IMG/VR virus record: IMGVR_UViG_3300028558_000791
Span: 416,839 to 480,838 of that record
Length of the DNA: 64,000 bases
Direction: 5' to 3' (one strand)
This document shows positions 57,028 to 64,000 of this stretch, in pieces; within the stretch, counting starts at the first letter, position 1, and every line of letters starts with the position of its first letter. Under the pieces are notes generated by a model. It saw only the letters and a program-made list of their open reading frames with translations. It did no database searches and was not told where the DNA came from. Position numbers and translations under genes: made by a program.

Positions 57028-57420
57028 GTGAAAGAGTGGATGGAAATAGATGAGGATAAATGTCGGTGTCGCGGTCTGGGGTGGGCCGAGGTACCGAGTG
57101 ACAAGTACATCGAATGCCCCATCCATTATGAAGGTCAACTTCATCCTGACACTCGGGCTCTTCTGTTTGATGAGCCCAATCGTTTGGCCGAAGAGGAACG
57201 TAAAAGCCGACTTCACTATCAAATTAGAGAGGGGCGAGCTAGGATTACTGAGTTCCAAAAACAAATCAAGCTGGAGCAAGAGAAGCTTGTCAAGCTGGAA
57301 TTGGAACTAATCAACCGAACGCCTACCGTCAAAGCTATGCCGGCCTTTCAGTATGAGTCGATTGAGGCTCATGAGCTTAGTGATGATGATATTACTTACT
57401 TGGAGGGAGATTCTATATGA
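57028..57420 (+). CDS. Hypothetical protein
   Basis: GGAG RBS, GTG start; CRCRG.GW...CP.H. Confidence 0.6.
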   Translation: MKEWMEIDEDKCRCRGLGWAEVPSDKYIECPIHYEGQLHPDTRALLFDEPNRLAEEERKSRLHYQIREGRARITEFQKQIKLEQEKLVKLELELINRTPTVKAMPAFQYESIEAHELSDDDITYLEGDSI

Positions 57421-57573
57421 ATACCAGCGAATACATGATTCAAGTTGCTGATGCTATGCGTAAGGGCGCGGCAGAAAATATCGTGCGCCTAGCCATGCAT
57501 GCAGACGGATACCCCTCCTATCGAATTGAAACCATCATTCGGTGGTGCAAACTCTACAACGAAAGAACCGCTG

Positions 57574-58011
57574 ATGAGTACCGAGAAGAAAATTTTTCCC
57601 TATCTCAAACTGAAAGATAACCATCCCACCATGGTCAAACTCTACAAGTTGTATGAGTTTGCTGAGGGGCTTGGAATCCATATCAGCTTCGCTCCACATC
57701 GGACTATTATTCAAGACAGCGATCGTGACAGCAATCTTCCTCCTCTCTTCTTGGAAGACATCGACAATGGTGAGGCCATTCAAGAATGGCCGCCTGTCTT
57801 TGAGTTCAAGGTTATCTATGATAACCCGGAGCATCTTGCTAAACAAAAAGCAGAGCAGGATGAGCGAGAGAAGGCTCGTGAATCTGAAAGGGTTCAACGA
57901 GAAGAGAAGCGTAAGGCACAAGAGTTAGCTGAAAGGGAAGCGCGTAAGCGTGCTGAAGAACAAAGGGAGCGAGCCGAATTGGCTCGTCTAAAGGCAAAGT
58001 ACAATGACTAA
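57574..58011 (+). CDS. Hypothetical protein with charged coiled-coil tail
   Basis: E/R/K-rich C-terminus. Confidence 0.65.
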   Translation: MSTEKKIFPYLKLKDNHPTMVKLYKLYEFAEGLGIHISFAPHRTIIQDSDRDSNLPPLFLEDIDNGEAIQEWPPVFEFKVIYDNPEHLAKQKAEQDEREKARESERVQREEKRKAQELAEREARKRAEEQRERAELARLKAKYND

Positions 58012-58206
58012 GAAGGACTACATCAAAGCTGCTAAGATGGTAAAGCAGATGCGCATGGATGCGCACTCTACTTCACGTTCCATTGGTCCTAAGCAGCGTC
58101 TCTACGAAGAGAACGTCTCTGTTGAGATGGAGGATTCTTTCGTTAAACTTTTCCAGGACAACAACCCCCGCTTTGACGAGAAACGTTTTCGTCAGGCATG
58201 TAAGGA

Positions 58207-58560
58207 ATGATAAACATGGATACGATTACGTATGACGATTTCGTCAAGGTGGATATTCGAGTTGGTACCATTACCAGCGCGGAGCTTGTTCCCAAGAGCA
58301 AGAAGCTGGTCAAGCTGGAAGTCTCTTTTGGAACAGAGACTCGTACCATCCTGGCTGGCATTGCATCCATGATTCCTTTCCTCTTGGATAGCAAAGTAGA
58401 GAACTTCGCAGGGCGGCAGGTTGTGGCGGTTCTCAACCTGGCACCTCGTGAAATGATGGGGATTCAAAGTCATGGAATGCTACTGGCCGCGCATGGCGCA
58501 GATGGTAATCTCTCACTTGCTTCCTGTCCAGGAGCCCCTGACGGAGCAGCTCTCGGCTGA
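58207..58560 (+). CDS. tRNA-binding OB-fold protein (CsaA/Trbp111/MetRS C-terminal-like)
   Basis: DDFVKVDIRVGTI...SKKLVKLEV...RTILAGI...NLAPR...S.GMLLAA. Confidence 0.9.
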   Translation: MINMDTITYDDFVKVDIRVGTITSAELVPKSKKLVKLEVSFGTETRTILAGIASMIPFLLDSKVENFAGRQVVAVLNLAPREMMGIQSHGMLLAAHGADGNLSLASCPGAPDGAALG

Positions 58561-58573
58561 ACCAGAGGAACCA

Positions 58574-58795
58574 ATGGAAAAGATTCCTGCGACCTACAAG
58601 CTGGACGAAGACGATCTCCGTGAAGCCATTACCGAATGGTTGAACGAACATCACTGTGATGATGGTTACTCATATGACTTCGTCATCACATTCAATACTA
58701 CTGAGAAACGATCTCCTGGTAGGGGATTGCCTGGTGGGATGAATGACGACATTGTAACCACTGTTATCTCAGCGGTGGCTACCAAGGACGAGTAA
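58574..58795 (+). CDS. Hypothetical protein
   Basis: GAGGA RBS. Confidence 0.55.
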   Translation: MEKIPATYKLDEDDLREAITEWLNEHHCDDGYSYDFVITFNTTEKRSPGRGLPGGMNDDIVTTVISAVATKDE

Positions 58796-59017
58796 GCGGC
58801 CGGCTCCCATTCACGGGCCGTCCGCACCGAAGGGTGCGCTCCATGCTCAGAATCAGAACCAAGATAGGAGAGGGTAGAGTATTCACTCTCTACTTCCAAG
58901 GCGAGTGGGTAACCATTATGTCTGGTATGGGCAAGACTCAATCAACTGAAGCTGACACTCTGGTGGGTGCCGGTATCAACCATCTAGCATACTGCCAAAA
59001 ACTGAAGGAGATCACCA

Positions 59018-59227
59018 ATGAAAGAGGAAGACTTGCTGAAAAGCTACTTCACGGAGCAGGACATTCACGGCTTGACTCAAACAGAATTTCAGTTGGCAAT
59101 GATGGGTCTCATCGAGAAGGGCTTGATGGAAATGATCGAGAAGGACGGTATTCAGTTCTATCGACCGACTCCCCTGGCTCGGAAGATGAAGAGCCACCTC
59201 AACTCTAATCCCAAGAATCAGAACTAG
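59018..59227 (+). CDS. Small winged-helix-like protein
   Basis: AAGGAG RBS; AMMGLIEKGLM...FYRPT. Confidence 0.6.
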   Translation: MKEEDLLKSYFTEQDIHGLTQTEFQLAMMGLIEKGLMEMIEKDGIQFYRPTPLARKMKSHLNSNPKNQN

Positions 59228-59230
59228 ATC

Positions 59231-59647
59231 ATGGAACAGAAAGAATTCGAAGCTAAACTAGTCAAGGAGTTTCCCAATCTATACAGGAACATGCGCGGAG
59301 ACCCGCGTGTGACCTGTATGGCCTGGGGGATTGCCGTCGGAGCTGGCTGGTGGGATATCATCTACGACCTCTCCCAGAAGTTGGAGACGATGATTCAGAA
59401 TATTCCCGAAGACAAGAGGCCAGAATACATGGCTGCGCAAGTCAAAGAGAAGTTCGGCGGGCTTCGTTTCTACATGGAGGCATCTACTCCAGAGATGAAT
59501 GCGTTCATCAATGAGGCTGAGGCTAAGTGTTGGCATACCTGCGAACAGTGTGGCCGGCCTGGCAAGCTGGTCAAGGCTGGATGGCTCTATGTATCCTGCA
59601 AAGAGCATGCGAAGAAAGAACATCAAACCCAATTCGAGGACACATGA
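59231..59647 (+). CDS. Conserved phage protein
   Basis: GAGWW.II...QVKEKFGGLRFY...TCEQCG.PG. Confidence 0.85.
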   Translation: MEQKEFEAKLVKEFPNLYRNMRGDPRVTCMAWGIAVGAGWWDIIYDLSQKLETMIQNIPEDKRPEYMAAQVKEKFGGLRFYMEASTPEMNAFINEAEAKCWHTCEQCGRPGKLVKAGWLYVSCKEHAKKEHQTQFEDT

Positions 59648-59940
59648 GCAACGAAAAAGTCGAAACCCTGGACAACCAAATCTTCACTGCCGATGCGTGG
59701 CGCCCTGACCAAGGACTCAATGCTCAGTACAAGGATGTGACTCTCAAGATTCAGGTGGGTGAGTTCCCGGTTGGTAGCAAGTTCCCCTTCGCTATCCTAC
59801 TTGGAGACGCATCCATGCTCGTGCTCGTGGATGAGGCCCATAAGGAACATGGGTTCCGTTTGGCCCTGAACGTTGGTGAGTCTGTGGATCTGTCCGAGCT
59901 TCAATGCCAGGACGAGAACTGCACCCATCATCACGGATAA
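59644..59940 (+). CDS. Hypothetical protein
   Basis: L.VQVG.F..G...P pattern; ATGA coupling. Confidence 0.7.
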   Translation: MSNEKVETLDNQIFTADAWRPDQGLNAQYKDVTLKIQVGEFPVGSKFPFAILLGDASMLVLVDEAHKEHGFRLALNVGESVDLSELQCQDENCTHHHG

Positions 59941-59944
59941 GACT

Positions 59945-60480
59945 TAGACTTACCAAACCAAAAGGACGCTGATGGTGAGGTAGGGCTGACAAGTACAGTC
60001 AGCTTTCGGTTCAACGACCTGCGCAACAGGTAGTTGGTTCGAGTCAAGGGGTTGCTAGCTGCACCTGTCCATCAATGGATTAAATTAGCTAGGGTATCAA
60101 CTTCCATAAGTTGAAGCGTAGGCGGTCAAGTCTTATACATAGCCCCGGTTCTTGTTCAATATTGCCGGTCTCAATATTGGTCTTAGGTCAACATCTCAAA
60201 CACCGAATGAAATTCGAGATCAGTGTTGCTGACTTCTGAAGTAGTAGAAGGTTAGGGGCACTCCTGCCCATACCCGTGAGCGTCAGTTTTCGCTTCCGTT
60301 TTGAGTACGAAAACATAAGCACATGCTTAGTAACCAACTTGCAAGGGTTACGGTGTAGGTGCCTATAAAACGGAGGATCAATCTTATAGGAGAGTGTACT
60401 GTGGCAACTTGAGCGCCACCATAACGAATGGAGATAGTTATGACACCCGCTGTTTGACCGTGGCGTTCAACGGTCTAAGC
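59945..60480 (+). ncRNA. Candidate large structured ncRNA upstream of tRNA-Glu
   Basis: About 530 nt without a convincing ORF, with at least 10 hairpins. Confidence 0.45.
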
Positions 60481-60481
60481 C

Positions 60482-60556
60482 GGCCCCATCTTCTAGCGGC
60501 TAGGATGCGAGACCTTCACTCTCGTCACACGGGTTCGAGTCCCGTTGGGGTCACCA
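60482..60556 (+). tRNA. tRNA-Glu (anticodon UUC) with encoded CCA
   Basis: GGCCCCA/TGGGGTC acceptor, CGAGA-CCTTCAC-TCTCG, ACGGG-TTCGAGT-CCCGT, ACCA; C at position 33. Confidence 0.85.
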
Positions 60557-60568
60557 GGAGAATACACA

Positions 60569-60838
60569 ATGGATTCAGTACCGCTCAAAAAGATTCGAGA
60601 AAAAGCCGAGGCATACGATAAGAAACTCCTGGCCACTGACCCTCGATTCCGAAGGGCAGTTACCATCCAACATGAAGATGGATCAGTTCTATATTTCAAT
60701 CACGCTTTCTTAGCAAGGATTGATGATTGGGTTGTGTGTTTCACTGAGCACCATGGCGTACACGTTTATCACTCTGGGGATTTATATTCCTATGAGGAAC
60801 ACACTCGAAGGCACGAGGCTATTGAGGAACTACCATGA
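60569..60838 (+). CDS. Hypothetical protein
   Basis: AGGAG RBS; FTEHHG. Confidence 0.7.
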   Translation: MDSVPLKKIREKAEAYDKKLLATDPRFRRAVTIQHEDGSVLYFNHAFLARIDDWVVCFTEHHGVHVYHSGDLYSYEEHTRRHEAIEELP

Positions 60839-61113
60839 TTGATGTGGATGCGACATTCAAAACGATTCGCAACATCTACCAGACTGTCACTGGTAAATCG
60901 GACAGTGATGTGACTCTCTCTTTCGAGACAAGTCTTGGTGTTACGAAGCCTTGGAAGGCTAAGATTGAGGCCAGGGAAGTGAAGCACGAGCAGTATGACG
61001 GGGCCTTGACTGGCCTTCTCGCCATGCTCAAGAAAGAATTGGCAGACAAAGTAAAGTCTGCCGAGAACGAAGCCAAACGATTGCAGCAGGCTTTCAACCA
61101 GCTAGGTAATTGA
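60835..61113 (+). CDS. Coiled-coil hypothetical protein
   Basis: ATGA coupling. Confidence 0.65.
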   Translation: MIDVDATFKTIRNIYQTVTGKSDSDVTLSFETSLGVTKPWKAKIEAREVKHEQYDGALTGLLAMLKKELADKVKSAENEAKRLQQAFNQLGN

Positions 61114-61431
61114 ACATGATTCGAGTACGATATTCAAACTTAGAGGTGGTAGAGTACAGTGATGTTGAGCTGGCCAACTTCATGGCCATCAATACCTTGT
61201 TCGCTACTCACGGATACATCGAACCTATCGAAGCGGTAGAGGTGATGGGTCATACTTCTGGTGGAGTATCAGTGGAGCGAGTGCTTTCAATCAAGCTTGG
61301 ATTCATTCAGTCCGGCTGGGATGCCTGAACGCGAATTTAATGGGGCCGCACTTGCCCGCCAGGTAGGGCCGCCAGGGAGCCGGGGCAACCATACGCCCAC
61401 ATACACACACACGAATAGTAGGTAATCAATC

Positions 61432-62304
61432 ATGACTCTTGGTGGATACAGCGATCACGCTACAGTAAGCGCCATTCGATATGAACAACCCAAGCTCTCT
61501 GCTGAGAACCCTATTGAGTTTAATCCTAAAGGACTCTGGACTCCTACCATTGACTCTGATAACATTGCTTATCAGTCATTGTTCAAGCCATTCAATCTGA
61601 ATCAATACTTGTACCCACGCCCACCTATTGATATGGGGCTGACGGCTCCCATTCACGGTGGCTGCCCGAACGTGTTACGGATGCCGCTCAAGTTTCCTGG
61701 GACAATCTACAAGATTCCCCGTCAATTGGAAGCGTTGGAACCATTGATTCAGAGAGTTGCGGAGTACGAGAAGTTCATTAACAAGGACCACGACTCCTGT
61801 TTTAGCCATATTACCTGTGATTTCTCCAACGTTTCGTCTGGTGAGTATCATCGCTTCCCAGGTTTCCATGGTGATGGCATTCAAGGAACTAAGCTTTCAC
61901 CGAAGGTGAATGTGGAACACTCTTACATTCTCACGTGGGATCCTCCTACGGAGTTTTGTTTGCAGCCGTTCTTTCTCAAGCACTTGGATGAGGCTAAGCA
62001 CAACTACTTCTTGGAGTTTGATCGTCAAGCCAAGGAGGTCAATCTGTACGGAACGATTCCATATCACCTGTATCTGATTGACCCTTACATGGTGCATCGC
62101 ACTCCTAAAATCAAACAGAGAACTAGCCGATTGTTCCTGCGTATCACTTACGCATTCACGGAGCTACAGCATCCCAAGAACACAATCAACCCACTCTTTG
62201 ATGGACAGGAATATCATAAGCGGATAGACATCCGTGAGAACCTGTGTGCCAATGAGTTTGAAGTACCGTGGCATCTGTACGGACTAACCAGGAATGACCA
62301 ATGA
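61432..62304 (+). CDS. 2OG-Fe(II) dioxygenase-like protein
   Basis: GFHGDG (HxD), MVHRTP (distal His), RLFLRI (Arg). Confidence 0.6.
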   Translation: MTLGGYSDHATVSAIRYEQPKLSAENPIEFNPKGLWTPTIDSDNIAYQSLFKPFNLNQYLYPRPPIDMGLTAPIHGGCPNVLRMPLKFPGTIYKIPRQLEALEPLIQRVAEYEKFINKDHDSCFSHITCDFSNVSSGEYHRFPGFHGDGIQGTKLSPKVNVEHSYILTWDPPTEFCLQPFFLKHLDEAKHNYFLEFDRQAKEVNLYGTIPYHLYLIDPYMVHRTPKIKQRTSRLFLRITYAFTELQHPKNTINPLFDGQEYHKRIDIRENLCANEFEVPWHLYGLTRNDQ

Positions 62305-62494
62305 GAAAGATTCAAGACACTGACATCGTCGGAAAGACTGTCAAATCAATCGAGAACAATGCAGTCAATGTTCTTAGACTGACATTCACGGATGGTACAA
62401 CCGTTGAGTTGTGGGCAGAAGATGCTGTTCATACTCAGTTTGGAAACATCCCTGGTATCTTCGTGGATGATCCTGCTGTACAAGTAGGATAACC

Positions 62495-62773
62495 ATGAGC
62501 ACAACTAACTGGATTCAAGTGCCGGAGCCTGGTGGCGTTCATGGTTATACCAGAAATGAAACCTACAAGCCTGGCACTTCCAAAGAAAGAAACTTCTATC
62601 TCTTCTTAGAGGAAGTGAAAGAAGCCCGCTTCAACTGGAAGCTAACTGTATCCGAGAATGATGGTATCCTTTTCACTAAGGAATTCTATCTCGGAGATGC
62701 CCTCAACACACCAGCCATTGCTAAACAAACGGCTGACTCGATTATGGCGAACTTCATAAAAGGACTACCATGA
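62495..62773 (+). CDS. Hypothetical protein
   Basis: AGGA RBS; ATGA coupling. Confidence 0.55.
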   Translation: MSTTNWIQVPEPGGVHGYTRNETYKPGTSKERNFYLFLEEVKEARFNWKLTVSENDGILFTKEFYLGDALNTPAIAKQTADSIMANFIKGLP

Positions 62774-63483
62774 ACGGCGCAATCTACGTTTCTGATTCAG
62801 GCAACCGCAAGATCATGGGGTCTAAGAAAGCGGATGCCACCTACACCTCAATCAAGACGAGCTGCCCTAAGAGCTGCCCTCTGATGGGGGAAGGGTGCTA
62901 CGCTGAATTGGGATACGTAGGCATCACTTCTCATCGTCTAGATGATGAGGCCAAGGGCAACTCTCCTTTGGATACGGCTCGTGCGGAAGCGAAAGCTATC
63001 GACGAAAGCTACAAGGGTGGAGCAGTTCCCACTGGTCGGGATATGCGAATCCATGTGGCTGGAGACTCGCGTACCATTCTGGGTACAAGGCTTATCAACA
63101 AGGCTGTTGCTCGCTGGAAGCAGCGTGGTGGTGGTGATTGTTGGACCTATACCCATGCCTGGTCTCACGTCCCCCGTGAAGAGTGGAGCAACGTTTCTAT
63201 CCTTGCTTCTATCTCCGACACTTCGGAAGTGGAAGCTGCACGAGCGCAGGGATATGCGCCTGCAATCGTGGTTCCTGAGCACCCCAGTGAGAAGGCTTTC
63301 CAGTTGGATGGTTGCGATACCAAGTTCATTCCTTGCCCGGCTCAAACGAGGGGTATCGGTTGTACCGATTGTAGGTTGTGCTTCAACGCAAACAGGTTGC
63401 ATGATAACAATTTTGGTATTGCTTTTGCTGTTCATGGTGTCATGAAAGACAAAATGAAACGACACCTAAATGTCGTTAAGTGA
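62770..63483 (+). CDS. Cys-cluster phage protein (possible Fe-S/radical-SAM-related, gp88-like)
   Basis: SCPKSCP...CYA, RIHVAGD, YTH, CPAQ...CTDCRLC...FAVHG. Confidence 0.6.
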   Translation: MNGAIYVSDSGNRKIMGSKKADATYTSIKTSCPKSCPLMGEGCYAELGYVGITSHRLDDEAKGNSPLDTARAEAKAIDESYKGGAVPTGRDMRIHVAGDSRTILGTRLINKAVARWKQRGGGDCWTYTHAWSHVPREEWSNVSILASISDTSEVEAARAQGYAPAIVVPEHPSEKAFQLDGCDTKFIPCPAQTRGIGCTDCRLCFNANRLHDNNFGIAFAVHGVMKDKMKRHLNVVK

Positions 63484-64000
63484 ATGACATGGAGCTATAG
63501 GTCGCTATAATTTCATGAGCCCATTTGAGTAAATCAATTACTCTCTGGCCTCCTGGTTGATTAGTAGACCATAGCTCCAAGTTTTCAATTCGATTATCTA
63601 ATTTGTTTCCATTCTTGTGATGGACAGTTTCAGTAGATAGTAGTGGACGGCCAAGATGCCGCTCCATTACGAATCTATGTTCATAGAATTCTACTTTCTC
63701 ATCTCCAATTCGTTTGGAGAACTTCTTGTATCCGTTGGAGGCAATGCAACCTTCACCAGCTTTCCTAATCTTTTTGATCGGTGAAAGCGGTAGTCCTTTT
63801 AGTTTCTGCCTATCGTGGGGTTCACATAAACCATGACGGAAATTACGACGCCCACAACCTTTAAACGTACATACTTTGATTGCAATTCTAATCTCAGTTA
63901 GAGGGTGACCTCGTCGTATCTGTCTGATATGACTTGAACAGTAACCTTCTTTTGAGTCTCGTTTTCTTCCGCAGTCAATAAAAATACAAATTTTCGACAT
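63476..64000 (-). CDS. HNH homing-type endonuclease
   Basis: HRFVME.HLGR.L...[21 protein letters not shown]; repeated Cys/His N-terminal units; AT-rich. Confidence 0.9.
   Translation of the reverse strand: MSKICIFIDCGRKRDSKEGYCSSHIRQIRRGHPLTEIRIAIKVCTFKGCGRRNFRHGLCEPHDRQKLKGLPLSPIKKIRKAGEGCIASNGYKKFSKRIGDEKVEFYEHRFVMERHLGRPLLSTETVHHKNGNKLDNRIENLELWSTNQPGGQRVIDLLKWAHEIIATYSSMSFT

Larger units (their letters stand above)
3141..61656 (+). repeat. Dispersed polar 11-mer CTCCCATTCAC (about 45 exact copies plus 6 CTCCCATTCAT variants)
   Basis: Exact starts read by eye: 3141,3690,3933,4602,4779,5034,5807,6023,6398,6581,7644,7745,8171,8459,8700,9230,9626,10344,10778,11087,11454,11682,12256,12545,13923,14608,15871,17225,17662,18656,19111,21621,21789,22207,24195,25029,27870,29263,30037,33079,34935,39657,47101,58804,61646. 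Variants: 5457,7146,12130,15345,16722,18011. Confidence 0.95.

Noticed and set aside
59980-60480. tmRNA
   Set aside because: AGGGCTGAC resembles the tmRNA 5' end only superficially. There is no matching 3' acceptor/T arm apart from the separate tRNA-Glu, and no tag ORF was identified.
1-64000. Stop-codon reassignment (alternative genetic code)
   Set aside because: Recognisable genes are full length under code 11, and TAA, TAG and TGA all serve as coupled stops.

Overview
This window looks like the early/accessory arm of a large (jumbo-type) dsDNA bacteriophage. It has dense, mostly short, almost all plus-strand ORFs from about 3.2 kb to 63.5 kb. I recognised no capsid, tail, terminase or replicative polymerase genes. 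A divergent minus-strand block of three proteases lies at 0.3-2.7 kb and an HNH endonuclease lies at the right edge. Cys-rich lipoproteins, an FGE/SUMF1-fold secreted protein and sigma54-type sites point to a myxobacterial or related host (inference). Main unexplained structures: (1) a strand-polarised 11-mer, CTCCCATTCAC, about 45 exact copies counted by eye, mostly just upstream of genes; (2) nine 35-bp palindromes resembling two opposed sigma54 -24/-12 sites, usually just upstream of the 11-mer; (3) a ROT/TROVE-like + TerD-like gene followed by a tandem array of covarying structured RNAs and bracketed by a second conserved hairpin; (4) an ARC/Mpa-type AAA+ ATPase followed by a Pup-like protein ending in CGCG; (5) a hammerhead ribozyme, three non-canonical tRNA-like elements, one tRNA-Glu and a hairpin-rich region of about 530 nt; (6) a pilin-like mini-peptide and several paralogue families. 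All family calls come from motif recognition by eye, not from database searches.
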